This document shows, piece by piece, positions 39,158-50,660 of a stretch of DNA of 64,000 nt. Position 1 is the first letter of the stretch; every line of letters begins with the position of its first letter. The stretch is taken from NCBI GenBank assembly GCA_963821725.1, contig CAWGFA010000026.1, forward strand, positions 13,906 to 77,905, given 5' to 3'. The notes beneath the pieces were generated by a model. That model saw only the letters and a program-made list of their open reading frames with translations. It did no database searches and was not told the DNA's origin. The stretch is from an uncultured Acidimicrobiia bacterium (GTDB lineage Bacteria > Actinomycetota > Acidimicrobiia > Acidimicrobiales > JACDCH01). A program made the translations under genes and the position numbers.

Positions 39158-40711
39158 GGCCCGTCGCCCGATGCGTACGTCCGACGCTCCCCGGTCGCCG
39201 TCCTCAGGGTTCGGTAGGTCTCGCGCAGCCGTCGCTTGTAGATCTTGCCGTTGTCCTCCCGCGGCAACTCGGTCACGAATTCGAAGTCGCGCGGACACTT
39301 GTAGTGCGCGAGGCGATCGCGGCAGTGCGCGAGCAGCTCGCCTGTCAGCGCGTCGGACGGCTCGAGCCCACGTTGGAGCTCGACCACGGCGAGGACTGCT
39401 TCGCCCCATTCGTCGTCGGGCACACCGATCACTGCGACGTCCGCCACCGCCGGGTGCTCGAGCAGCACGCTGTCGACCTCGGCCGGATAGATGTTCACCC
39501 CGCCGGAGATGATGAGGTTCGCGCTCCGGTCGGTGAGATACAGGTAGTGCTCGTCATCGAGGTAACCGACATCGCCGAGTGTGAAGTAGTCACCTCGGTA
39601 GGTCGACGACGTCTTCTCCTCGTCCTTGAAGTACTCGAATCGCGTCGCATCACGGGCCTTGATGTACACGAGACCGATCTCACCCGCGGGGAGCGGGTTG
39701 CCTTCCTCGTCTCCCACGATCACCTGGTCGGGAAGGAACGGCTGCCCGACCGTTCCCGGGTGTTCCAGCCACGTCGCCGAATCGACGAAGCTGCCGACCC
39801 CTTCGGTGGCTGCGTAGTACTCCCACACGATCGGGCCGAACCATTCGATGATCCGTCGCTTCACCGGCACGGGACACGGCGCGGCGCCGTGCAGCACGTA
39901 CCGCAAGCTCGACACGTCGAACTTGCGACGCACGTCGCGTGGCAGCGACAGCAGCCGATGGAACATGGTCGGGACCATGTGCGTGTGTGTGACGCCGTGC
40001 GCGTCGATCAGTTGCAGGGTCTCCTCCGCGTCCCACCGATCCATGAGCACGACGGTTGCGCCGAAGGTGAGTGGGATCCGCAACGAGAACGCCAGCGGCG
40101 CGGCGTGGTACAGCGGGCCGGTGCACAGATGAACGTCGCCGCCGAGCTCGGCGTAGCCGCCCAGGTCGGCGATCGGCGTCGCGGCCGCGCCAGGCGGTCG
40201 CCGTACACCCTTCGGACGCCCCGTCGTGCCCGATGTGTAGAGCATGGTCGTCCCGAGCGTCGCATCGGTCAGCGGTTCGTCCGGACTCGGAGTCCATCGC
40301 ATCTTCGATCCGTTCGAAGCCTTCGACGTCACCGCCAGCGACGAGTGCGATCTTGCAGTCACGCGCTCGCGCGAGGCACGAGCGCGCGACACCGGCGACG
40401 TCGATCGTCGTGACAAGTGCCTTCGCCTCGCAGTCCGAGACGATGTAGCTCGCCTCGTCGCCGGTGAGATGCCAGTTGACGGGGGTCAGACGGAAGCCGG
40501 CCCGCAGGCACGCGTAGTACGTCTCGACGAACGCCGGATGGTTCCCGGCGATGAGGGCGACGGCGTCGCCTTCGCCGAGCCCCCGATGACGCAGGGCTCG
40601 GGCCAGCCGGCTCGCATTCGCATCGAGGTCGGCGAACGTCCGCCTTCCGCCGGACCAGACGAGCGCCGCTGCATCCGGTGTCGCTGACGCCCAGTGGCCG
40701 AGCTCAGGCAT
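39154..40711 (-). CDS. Acyl-CoA synthetase (AMP-binding enzyme); frame break near 40270
   Basis: ORF 39680..40711 gives the N-terminus (…LIAGNHPAFVETYYACLRAGFRLTPVNWHL) and ORF 39154..40416 the rest (MLYTSGTTGRPKGV...GDVGYLDDEHYLYLTDR...GKIYKRRLRE). Confidence 0.82.
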
Positions 40712-41138
40712 CTGAGGCCCCGAGCGGCGAGAACAGCGGCAGGTGGCGACCGTCGGTCAGCGGTTCCCACGTGACGGTCACCGCCATTCCCACCGTCACC
40801 TCCGAGGGATCACAGTCGACGACGTTGGCGAGCATGCGCCATCCGTCGTCGACGTCGATCAGCGCGATCGCGTAGGGAGCTCGGCTCGCCATCCGAGGAT
40901 CCTGAGGGCGGTGCTCGACTGTCACCGCGTAGACCCGTCCCGTGCCGACCGACGTCCGCCACTCGAGATCGGTGCCGAGGCAGCCGGGGCAGACCGCACG
41001 CGGGTAGAAGACGGCGCGATCGCACGTGAGGCACCACTGCACCAACAGCTGTCGCGCACGGGTCGCGTCCCAGAACGGCGTCGACACCGACGACATCGGC
41101 GGCTCGGGACGAGCGGTCTCACCGACGACGTCGCTCAC
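40704..41138 (-). CDS. DUF35 OB-fold / zinc-ribbon protein (thiolase partner)
   Basis: The GTG at 41138 overlaps the thiolase stop (GTGA). WCLTCDRAVFYPRAVCPGC...GRVYAVTV is in ORF 40704..41243. Confidence 0.8.
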   Translation of the reverse strand: MSDVVGETARPEPPMSSVSTPFWDATRARQLLVQWCLTCDRAVFYPRAVCPGCLGTDLEWRTSVGTGRVYAVTVEHRPQDPRMASRAPYAIALIDVDDGWRMLANVVDCDPSEVTVGMAVTVTWEPLTDGRHLPLFSPLGASDA

Positions 41139-42311
41139 AAGGTCGCCTCCGTGCCGAGGACGACCGTCGACATGCACGACAGCACCATGCCGGAGCCGTG
41201 CGCGACCGCGACCTCGGCGCCGGGCACCTGCCGTTCGCCGCACTCACCTCGCAGTTGGCGCACTGCTTCGACGATGAGGAACATCCCGTACATGCCGGGA
41301 TGGGTGTACGACAAGCCGCCGCCGTTCGTGTTCGTCGGCAACGTCCCACCGGGGCCGAGCCTGCCGTCGGCGACGAACGGACCGCCTTCACCCTTCGGGC
41401 AGAACCCGAGATCCTCGAGGTGCAGCAACGCGGTGATGGTGAAGCTGTCGTAGCTCATCAGGACGTCGACGTCGTCGGGCCGGATCCCCGCCATCGCGAA
41501 CGCTGCCGGACCACTCACCGCGCCGGGCGTCGTCGTGAGGTCGGGCATCTGCGAGATCATCAGGTGGTCGTGGCAGGTGGCCGCGCCCAGCACGTACACG
41601 GGCGGCTTGGCGAGCGCGGCGGCTCGCGGCGCGGTGGCGAGCACGAACGCGCCGGCGCCGTCGGTGACGAGACAGCAGTCGAGACGGTGCAGCGGGCTCG
41701 ACTCCATGGGCGACGCGAGGACGTCCTCGATGGTGATCGGCTTCTGATATCGCGCTCGCGGGTTGCGGGAGGCCCACTCGCGCGTGCTCACCGCGATCTG
41801 CGCGAGCTGTTCGGACGTCGTCCCGAACTCGGCCATGTGCCGCGAGGCGGCGAGCGCGTACGGGCCCATCGGCATGCGGAGCCCGTAGGGCATCTCCCAC
41901 TCGGCCCTCGGGTCCCCGCCATCGGCACCAGGACGCCGTGACCGGCGGATGCCGCGACGCGCGATCGCTTCGTGGTGTCGCGGCGTAGACGCCGACGACC
42001 ACGTCGCACACGCCTGCGGCGATCGCCGCCGCTGCGTGCTCGACATGGACCTCGAAGCTCGATCCTCCGGTGCTCGTCGAATCCGTGAACCGGGGAGCGA
42101 TACCGAGGTACTCGGCGAAGCCCACCGACGACACGTGATGACACACCCCGTCGACGTCGCGCAGTTCGAGCCCGGCGTCGTCGAGCGCCGCGCGCACCAT
42201 CGCCGCCTCGAGCTCGCGGCCGCGCCGATCGAGCTCGCCGGTGGGCGACACCTCGTCGGCCACGCCGACGAGCGCAGCAGCGCCCCGAAGTGTGCGGTCA
42301 GCGCGTGAGAT
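41135..42311 (-). CDS. SCP2-type (lipid-transfer-protein-like) thiolase; frame break near 41945; no canonical start codon at the expected position
   Basis: The N-terminus is in the frame of ORF 41388..42734 (SRADRTLRGAAALVGVADEV...FEVHVEHAAAAIAAGVCDVVVGVYA). The C-terminus is in ORF 41135..42946 (…LDCCLVTDGAGAFVL...NTNGGGLSYTHPGMYGM...). GAAGGAG lies 6 nt before an ATC at 42311. Confidence 0.75.
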
Positions 42312-42449
42312 CCCGGTCTCCTTCGAAATTGCGTACGAGGCGTCCCTTCGAGGGGCCCCGTCGAACGCCGAAACGGTGAGGCGGGAACGTAACCACCGTT
42401 CATTTCTCTGTCCAGAGCGCTCGGAGTCATTCGGGACGAAGATGTCGGC

Positions 42450-43854
42450 GTGACCGACGAGTCGAGTTCGTTCATCGATCTGCTGATCGCCCGGGTGGGG
42501 ACCGCAAACGTCCGAACCGGCGTCGACGTCGCCGACGACGAGTCCCACGACGAGGCGCTCGGCGCGACGGCGATGCCACCCCGAGCCGTCGTCCTGCCGG
42601 AGTCCACCGAGCAGGTGATCGACGTGCTGCGCACGTGCACGGAGCACGGCGTGCCGGTCACCGCACGCGGCACCGGCTCGGGGCTCTCGGGTGCGTGCAT
42701 CCCGCTGGACGGTGGTGTCGTCGTGTCGTTCCAACGGATGAAGGCAGATCCTCGAGGTCGACGAGGAGACACATCTGGCAGTCGTGCAGCCGGGCGTGCA
42801 GCTCGACCAGCTCGATGCTGCGCTCGCGACCGTTCGGCCTCGCGTACCCCGTCTATCCCGGCGAGTACAGCGCGACGATCGGCGGCAACATCGCCACGAA
42901 CGCCGGCGGGATGCAGGCCGTGAAGCACGGTGTCACCCGGCATCACGTGCTCGGGTTGGAGCTCGCGCTCGCCACCGGTGAGGTCATCCGTACGGGGGGC
43001 CGCGTCGTCAAGGCGTCATCCGGCTACGACCTCACGCAGCTCGTCATCGGATCGGAGGGGACGCTCGCGCTCGTCACCGAAGCGACGCTCAAGCTCGTCC
43101 CGCGGCCCGCGTTCAGCGCGACCGTCCTCGCCCCGTTCCCGACGTTGGACGAGGTCGCCGCCATCGGTGCCCAAGGTCATCGCCAGCGGTCTCGCTCCGT
43201 CGATCCTCGAGTACATCGACATGCTGACGATGGCGGCGATCCAGCGTGAATACGCCGTCGAGCTCGGCGTTCCGGCGGATGTCCAAGCGACTGCGCTCGC
43301 CTACCTCGTCGTCCGCATGGAGAGCGACCACGACGACCGTCTCGACGAGGACGTCCAAGCGATCGCCGAGCTCCTCGTCAAGCTCGGTGCGGTCGACGTC
43401 TACGTTCTGCCGCCGGCGGCCGCCGCGCAGTTGATCGAAGCACGCGAGAAGGCGTTCTGGCTGGCGAAGGCCAACGGTGCCGACGACATCGTCGACATCG
43501 CCGTGCCTCGACGGACGATCCCCGAGTTCATGACCAAGGCTCGCGAGCTCGGAGACGCCAACGGCGCGTTCGATCGCGGGATGCGGCCACGCCGGCGACG
43601 GCAACGTCCACCTCGCCGTGTTCCAACGAGATCCGGTGGCGCGCAAGCGACTGATGCTCGAGCTGTTCGCCGCCGGCATCGACTTCGGAGGCGTCGTCTC
43701 GGGCGAGCACGGCATCGGCACGACGAAGAAGCCCTACTTCCTCGAGCTCGAGGATCCGACGAAGGTGGCGCTCATGCGACGGATCAAACGCGCCTTCGAT
43801 CCGTCAGGCATTCTCAACCCCGGCAAGATCTTCGACCTGGAGGACGCTACGTGA
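42450..43854 (+). CDS. FAD-linked oxidase (GlcD-like); about 4 frame breaks (~42745, ~42835, ~43165, ~43575)
   Basis: Pieces: ORF 42450..42923 (VTARGTGSGLSGACIP), 42784..42981, 42635..43249 (GGNIATNAGGMQAVKHGVTRHHVLGLELA...GYDLTQLVIGSEGTL), the 42930.. frame, and 43618..43854 (SGEHGIGTTKKPYF...DPSGILNPGKIF). Confidence 0.75.
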
Positions 43855-45401
43855 ACGGCGCGGAAGCACTCATCCGCACACTCGTCGCCAGCGGCGTCGA
43901 CACCTGCTTCATGAATCCCGGCACGTCGGAGATGCACTTCGTCGCGGCCCTCGACGCCGTCCCGCAGATGCGCGGTGTGCTCGGCTTGTTCGAAGGGGTC
44001 GCAACCGGGGCGGCCGACGGCTACGCCAGGATCAACGGTCATCCGGCCGCGGTGCTGCTCCACCTCGGTCCGGGCCTCGGCAACGGGCTGGCGAACCTGC
44101 ACAACGCGCGCAAGGGCAAGGTTCCGATCGTCAACATCGTCGGAGACCACGCCACGTACCACAAGAAGTACGACGCGCAACTCGAGTCCGACATCGAGAC
44201 CGTCGCGCGGAACGTGTCGACATGGATCCGGACGTGCAACTCGACGGAACAGGTCGGGGCCGATGCCGCCGCAGCGGTGGCAGCCGCGCTCGGACCTCCC
44301 GGTCAAGTCGCCACCCTCATCCTTCCGGCCGACACGTCGTGGAGCGACGGCGCCGAACCCGCTGAACGCGCGACGACGCCCCGGCGCCGCCCGGTCGATC
44401 CCGCGACCGTGGAGCTCGTCGCCAAGGTGGCGCGGTCCGGCGAACCAGTTGCCCTGTTCCTCGGCGGGTCCGCGCTCAGTGAGCGCGCGCTGCTCGCCGC
44501 GCAACGCGTCGCGGCGGCCACCGGCGCACGGCTCCTGGCCGAGACCTTTCCGACTCGCATCGAGCGCGGCGGCGGACTTCCGGAGCCCACGCGGCTGGCG
44601 TATCTGGCCGAGTTCGCAACGATGCAACTCGATCCGTTCCGGCATCTCGTCGTCGTCGACACCAAGGCGCCGGTGTCCTTCTTCGCCTATCCGGGCAAGG
44701 CCAGCTACCTCGTACCTGACGGATGCGACGTGTCCACGCTCGCGGCGGACGACGAAGACGCGGAAGCCGCGCTCGAAGCGTTGGCCGACGCGCTCGACGC
44801 GCCCGAGGTGACTCCCGCCGAGATCGGACCACGTCCTGAACGACCGACGGGCGCGTTGACCGCCGACGCGGTTGCCGCGGCGCTGGGCGCGTTGCTGCCC
44901 GAGGGTGCGATCGTGTCCGACGAGGCCCAGACGTCGGGGTTGTCCAATCCCGGATCGACCGTCAACGCGCCGCGGCACACGTGGCTGTGCCTCACCGGCG
45001 GCGCGATCGGACAAGGGCTCCCGGTCGCGACCGGTGCGGCGGTCGCGGCCCCGGGGCGTCGCGTGGTTGCCCTCCAAGCGGACGGCAGCGCGCTCTACAC
45101 GATCCAGTCCCTGTGGACACAAGCGCGAGAGGGTCTCGATGTCACGACCGTGCTCTACAACAACCGGTCGTACTCGATCCTCAACATGGAGTTGAACCGG
45201 GTCGGCGCCGAACCCGGACCGAAGGCGAAGGAGATGCTCGACCTCCACCACCCCGACATCGACTTCGTCTCGATCGCCGGCGGTCTCGGCGTGCCGGCCA
45301 GTCGAGCGGAGACCGCCGACGAATTCACGACCCAACTCGAACGATCACTGTCCGAGCCAGGTCCCAGCCTCATCGAAGCGATCGTCCCGCCCATTCTCTG
45401 A
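43851..45401 (+). CDS. Thiamine-pyrophosphate enzyme (acetolactate synthase large subunit-like)
   Basis: The GTG at 43851 overlaps the oxidase stop (GTGA). Motifs: VNGAEALIRTLVASGVDTCFMNPGTSE...LQADGSALYT...NNRSYSILN. The frame is intact to 45401. Confidence 0.88.
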   Translation: MNGAEALIRTLVASGVDTCFMNPGTSEMHFVAALDAVPQMRGVLGLFEGVATGAADGYARINGHPAAVLLHLGPGLGNGLANLHNARKGKVPIVNIVGDHATYHKKYDAQLESDIETVARNVSTWIRTCNSTEQVGADAAAAVAAALGPPGQVATLILPADTSWSDGAEPAERATTPRRRPVDPATVELVAKVARSGEPVALFLGGSALSERALLAAQRVAAATGARLLAETFPTRIERGGGLPEPTRLAYLAEFATMQLDPFRHLVVVDTKAPVSFFAYPGKASYLVPDGCDVSTLAADDEDAEAALEALADALDAPEVTPAEIGPRPERPTGALTADAVAAALGALLPEGAIVSDEAQTSGLSNPGSTVNAPRHTWLCLTGGAIGQGLPVATGAAVAAPGRRVVALQADGSALYTIQSLWTQAREGLDVTTVLYNNRSYSILNMELNRVGAEPGPKAKEMLDLHHPDIDFVSIAGGLGVPASRAETADEFTTQLERSLSEPGPSLIEAIVPPIL

Positions 45402-45413
45402 GGAGGTGCGTGC

Positions 45414-46505
45414 GTGAACCGACGTGACAGGGCGGTTGGCGCACAGACCTCCTGGCAAATCGGGCCGTTCACTCGTCTGTCCGACGCCGTGATCCGCAAC
45501 GTGCCCGATCTCGAGTGGGCGAGCAAGGACGTGTTCAACCCCGGTGCGGTCGTTCACGACTCCACGATCCATTTGCTCGTTCGAGGCGAGGACTCGACTG
45601 GCCGCTACGCGGGCGTGTCCCGGATCGGTCTCGCCCTCAGTTCGGACGGCGAACACTTCGAGGTGGAGCCCGAACCAGTGCTCGGGCCCGGCGACGACGA
45701 GTGGGACGCTTGGGAAGGCGCGGGCGGCTGCGAGGACCCACGCGTGGTCGAATCGCCCGACGGTCAGTACGTGTGCACGTACACCGGATTCGACGGCAAG
45801 AGCGGCACGCTCATGGTCGCGACGTCCCGCGATCTCCGCACATGGACGAAGCACGGTCCGGCGTTCGCCGGCACGCCATACGCGCGCCGGTCGTCGAAGA
45901 GTGGTGCGATCCTCACCGAGATCGCCGACGGACGGCTCGTCGCCGCGCGCGTGGACGGACGGTTCTGGATGTACTGGGGTGAAGGCACGTGCTTCGCCGC
46001 CACATCCGACGATCTCGTGCACTGGGTGCCGTCACGGTTCGACGCCACGGGCGACAGGTACCTCGTCTACGACGGGTCCTGGAGGGTCCATCGTGTTGCC
46101 GGTCACGAGGTGTTGCGACCACTGCTGTTCCCGCGTCGACATCGGTTCGACTCCTTGCTGGTCGAGCCCGGGCCGCCTGCCGTTCTCACGGCGGACGGAA
46201 TCGTGCTCGTCTACAACGGCGCCAACCACTGGGAGCACGGTGACCCGTGGCTGCCGGCCCTCTCCTACCAACCAGGCCAGGCTCTCTTCGACAGCGCGGA
46301 TCCGACGGCGTGCATCGCTCGCACCACGCAACCGTTCCTGCGAGCCGACACGGCCGACGAACGAGCGGGACAGGTCGCCAACGTCTGCTTCGCGCAAGCG
46401 CTGGTGCTCTACGAGAGCGAATGGCGCCTCTACTACGGGATGGCGGACTCGTCGATCGGCTGCGCCACTGCGCCGGTCGCGAGCCAGAGCGAGGCCCACG
46501 ACTGA
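45414..46505 (+). CDS. GH130-family glycoside phosphorylase/hydrolase (DUF377-type beta-propeller)
   Basis: Intact 363-aa ORF: VFNPGAVVHDSTIHLLVRGED...GGCEDPRV...LYYGMADSSIGCA. Confidence 0.8.
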   Translation: MNRRDRAVGAQTSWQIGPFTRLSDAVIRNVPDLEWASKDVFNPGAVVHDSTIHLLVRGEDSTGRYAGVSRIGLALSSDGEHFEVEPEPVLGPGDDEWDAWEGAGGCEDPRVVESPDGQYVCTYTGFDGKSGTLMVATSRDLRTWTKHGPAFAGTPYARRSSKSGAILTEIADGRLVAARVDGRFWMYWGEGTCFAATSDDLVHWVPSRFDATGDRYLVYDGSWRVHRVAGHEVLRPLLFPRRHRFDSLLVEPGPPAVLTADGIVLVYNGANHWEHGDPWLPALSYQPGQALFDSADPTACIARTTQPFLRADTADERAGQVANVCFAQALVLYESEWRLYYGMADSSIGCATAPVASQSEAHD

Positions 46506-46557
46506 CGTGCAGACCCGAGCGGTCAGCGCCCTCGCGTGGATCTGAATAAAGTTTCTT

Positions 46558-46589
46558 CCCGACGGATGAAGGATTCAGGTTCCGTCGGG
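46558..46589 (+). other. Stem-loop CCCGACGGA-N14-TCCGTCGGG in the relatively AT-rich spacer ahead of the ABC transporter genes
   Basis: 9-bp perfect inverted repeat read directly. AGGGGGG and the ATG at 46605 follow it. Confidence 0.35.
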
Positions 46590-46604
46590 TGACTAGGGGG
46601 GCCG

Positions 46605-47883
46605 ATGTCAACTCGGGTTTCGTTCCGCACGTCCGTCGCGGTGCTCTTCGTGGCTGGTCCTTCATTGCTGCCGGTTGCAGCAAGGCCAACAGCTCGAACG
46701 GCGGAGGCGGTGCTGCTGCCGCACCGACGTCGAACGCGACAATGCACCGGACCAGCCGATCAAGCTCACGTCGATCGCGAGCCTCACCGGTCCGCTGTCG
46801 TACCCGAGCCTCGCGACCGAGGCGCAGAACGGACAGAACGCTGCACTCCGCGCCGTGAACAGCGAGTGTGCACTCGGAAGACCCATCGACATCACCACGT
46901 GCGACGACAAGTCCGACGCGAACGAGGCGACGAAATGCGGCCGCGAGGCGCACGACGACGGATCGCTCGCGCTCTTCGGATCGAGCGGTTCATACCCTGA
47001 CGGCACGAGCGCCGCGAACCTGCCGGGCATCCTCACCGGGGGTGGAAGCGTGTTCGACTTGACCGATCCGAGGTCGTTCTCGATCAGCTCCCCGCTGACG
47101 CTCGTCGTCGGCGGCTCGGCGACTGCGGCCGCCGCCGGCGTCCACGACGCCCTGATGGTCTCCATAGACACTGCCGCGACGAGGACGTTCGTTCAGACTT
47201 CTCAGCAGGTCGCGCAAGGACAGAACGTCAAGTTGGACTCGCTGTTCATCCCGCCCGACACGACCGACTTCGCGCCGGTCGCGGCCCAGATCGCGAACCG
47301 CAAGCCGAGCGGTCTCGGCTTGATCCTGACGACGCAGATCGTGCCGTTCTTCAACGCGCTCGCTGACGAAGGGATCTCGCCGCATGACATCCCGATCTTC
47401 ACTGCCGTGACCTTGATGCCGCCGGAGGTGCTGAAGCAGCTCGGCAGCAAGGCCGACGGCGTCTACCTGCTCACACAACAGGCGCCTCCGTCGGACAGCG
47501 ACAACCCGGGCATCCAGCAGATGCTGAAGGAGCTCAAGGCCGCTGGCTTCAACGCGAACGGTGACCAGCTCAGCCCTGCCAGCACCGGCGCGTGGGCGAA
47601 TGTGCATGCGCTCGTCGACATCCTGAAGAAGCTCCCACCGTCGGAGATCGCGACGCTCGACTCAGCCAAGCTCGTCGACGCCATGGCGAAGGCAGGGCCG
47701 ATCAACCGTCCGGAGATCGCACCGTTCGACTTCACCACGAACGCCTTCCCCGACATCGCGTCCCTGTCCGGCTTCCGCATCTACACCCGAGACGCGATGG
47801 TCACGCGGGTCGAAGACGGGAAGTACGTCCGCGTGTCGGACTTCAGTGACGCGACGAAGCCGTTCAAACTCGAGAACAACTGA
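46605..47883 (+). CDS. Lipoprotein, Liv/HAAT-type ABC transporter substrate-binding protein; frame breaks near 46652 and 46735
   Basis: MSTRVSFRTSVAVLFVAG (ORF 46605..), the lipobox segment SFIAAGCSKANSSNGGGG (ORF 46589.. frame), then ORF 46675..47883 (PIKLTSIASLTGPLSYPS...TCDDKSDANEA...). Confidence 0.78.
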
Positions 47884-47885
47884 AC

Positions 47886-48811
47886 GTGCTCCTTGCGACC
47901 GAGTTCCTCAGCCAGACCACGCTGAGGTTCGTCCTCCTCGGGATGGCAACCGGTGCACTCACCGCGCTCGTCGCACTGTCGATCGTCATCGTGTACCGGG
48001 TGTCGGGCGTCCTCAACTTCTCCGCCGCTGCACTCGGTGCGATCGGGGCGTTCATCTGCTACGGACTTCGTGACGACCATGGGTGGCCAGCGCCGCTGGC
48101 GCTCACGGCGGGGCTGGCCGTCGGCGTCGCGCTCGGCATGTTCACGTACGCGGTCATGGCGGTGCTGCGCGACACGTCGTTGCTCAGCTCGGCTGATCGC
48201 GACGCTCGCGCTGTTGAGTGCCGCGCAGAGCGCGATGCTCGTCATCTGGACCAACCAACTGAGCGCGCCGACGTCGCTGCTGCCCGATCGCTCGATCGTC
48301 ATCGCCGGCGACCTTCGCATCTCGCAGGACCGTCTGATCCTGATCGGGGTCGTCCTCTTGTTCGCCGTCGGGTTGCGCTTCGTCTACAGCGGCACGCTGT
48401 TCGGTCTCGCGACGTCCGCTGTCTCGGAGAACCGTCGCGTCGCGGCGATCGCGCGATGGGCACCGAACCGGATCGAGTTCGTCAACTACGTGATCGCCGG
48501 CTTTCTGTCGGCGCTCGCGGCCATCCTGCTGGCGCCCATCGTGGGACTGAACGCGACGGTCCTGTCGATCGCCGTGCTGCCTGCGCTGGCCGCCGCGCTC
48601 GTCGGACGGTTCTCGTCGTTCGCCGTCACCGTCATCGCCGCGCTCGCGATCGCCGTCATCCAGAGCGAGCTCTCGTTGTTCCAGCCCGACCTCGCCCACG
48701 CGTTCTCGGTGAGCACCGCTTCGCTCACGGGCCTCACCGAGGCGGTGCCGCTCATCATCATCCTCGTCGGTGACGGTGTTCTCGGGACGGGCTCGACCGA
48801 CCCGCGGCGAG
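47886..48811 (+). CDS. LivH-type ABC permease domain; frame breaks near 48185 and 48765; no stop before the LivM-type domain
   Basis: ORF 47886..48773 gives the N-terminus (LLGMATGALTALVALSIVIVYRVSGVLNFS), then the frame of ORF 47953..50142 (LIATLALLSAAQSAMLVIW...IGVVLLFAVGLRFVY...). Confidence 0.72.
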
Positions 48812-50660
48812 ATGTCGGCGCGGCTGCCGTTGCCGGGGAGCGGCAGAGTGTCACGCGTCGCCCTCGCGGTGGCCGTCGCCGCCGGAGTGGTGCTGATCGT
48901 CGCCGTTCCGAGCTATGCCGACGCGCTGGTCGTGACGTTCGGGATCGGCATCATCATCGCGTCGGTGGTCGTGGTCTCCGGATACGCCGGGCAGTTGTCG
49001 CTGTGCCAGTACGCGCTGGCGGGATTCGGGGCATGGGCCGCGGCCCGCGCGGCCAACAGCTTCGACGTTCCTTTCGTCCTCGCCGTCGTCGTGGGCGTCG
49101 TCGTCGCGACGGCGATCGGCGTGCTGGTGGCACTTCCCGCCATCCGCACACGGGGAGTCACGTTGGCCATCGTCACGTTGGCGCTGTCACTCGTCTTCAG
49201 CGCGCTGATCTTCCAGAACGCGTCGCTCACCGGCGGCTTCGAAGGGATCCGCGTGCACAGCCCGGAGATCTTCGGCTACGACCTCGATCCGTTCGCGCAC
49301 CCGCAACGGTACGCAGCGCTGATGCTTCTCGCCCTGCTCGCAGTGTCGTTCGTCGTGGCGAACCTTCGAGTGGGAGCAACCGGGCGCCGGATGATCGCGG
49401 TCAGGAGCAACGAGCGGGCCGCCGCCGCGCTCGGCATCAGTGTGGTCGGCGTCAAGCTCTACGCCTTTGCCGTCGGCGCCGGCATCGCAGCGCTCGGTGG
49501 CATCCTGCTCGCCTTCCGCCAGACGAACGTGCAGTTCAGCTCGTTCGACGTCTTCGGTTCGATCCTGCTCGTGCAGTACGCGGTCATCGGTGGCCTCGGG
49601 TGGATCTCCGGCGTCGTCCTCGGTGCGAGCGCGGCACCGGGCGCCATCGCCACTCGGATCACGAACGACGTCCTGCCGAACCTCGACAACGTCGCGGCCT
49701 GGATCGCCATCTTCAGCGCCATCGGCGTGGTCCAGCTTCTCCGCCGAGCGCCCGACGGCGTGGCGTCGATGTGGGCGAGGATGGGCACGCGCTTGCCCCG
49801 TCGTCGCGTGGCCACTCCCGTCGCACCGGCTCCGGTCGCCCCCGCCGACTTCGGACTGACCGGGCGCGATCTCGAAGTCGCGCGGCGTGTCGGTTCGCTT
49901 CGGTGGCGTCGTCGCCGTGGACGACGTGTCCTTCGAGGTGCAAGCCGGTGAGGTGGTGGGACTCATCGGTCCGAACGGCGCCGGCAAGACGACCTTGTTG
50001 GACGTCATCACCGGTTTCACCCGTCAGCAGTCCGGGCTGGTGCTCTTCGACGGCACGGATGTGTCCACATGGAGCCCGGAGCGCCGGGCGCGGGCCGGCA
50101 TCGCACGCTCATGGCAAGGGGTCGAGCTCTTCGAAGAGCTGACCGTGCGCGACAACCTGCTCGTGGCCGAGGACAGCAGATCTCGCCGGTCATACGTCCG
50201 CGATCTGGTGTGGCGCGACCGCCGGCCGCTGTCGCCCGTCGCCGAGTCGGTCGTCGAAGAACTCGGTCTGCGCCCGGTTCTCGACCAACGACCGACGACG
50301 CTCCCTCACGGCATCATCAAGTTGGTCGGGATCGCACGAACCATCATCTCGAACCCCGGCATCGTGCTCCTCGACGAACCGGCCGCGGGTTTGGACAACG
50401 AGGAGAGTCGCGAGCTGGCGACACTCATCCGGAACTTCGCCGAACGCCATGGCGTCGCGGTCGTCGTCATCGAGCACGACATGGCGCTGATCCTCAATAC
50501 CTGCGACCGAATCGTCGCACTCGACTTCGGACGCAAGATCGCCGACGCGACGCCGCGCGAGATCCAGACCGATCAGCTCGTGATCGAGGCCTACCTCGGT
50601 GAACCGATCGCTGATGAACCACCGGCACGGCCGGCGGCCGTCGAGATGGGCAGCCCGTGA
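48812..50660 (+). CDS. LivM-type permease contiguous with LivG-type ATPase (permease/ATP-binding fusion likely); frame break near 49880
   Basis: ORF 48770..49951 (SGYAGQLSLCQYALAGFGAWAAA...SNERAAAALGI...) runs without a stop into ...LTGRDLEV. It then continues in ORF 49887..50660 (VSVRFGGVVAVDDVSF..GPNGAGKTT...LLDEPAAGL). Confidence 0.75.
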
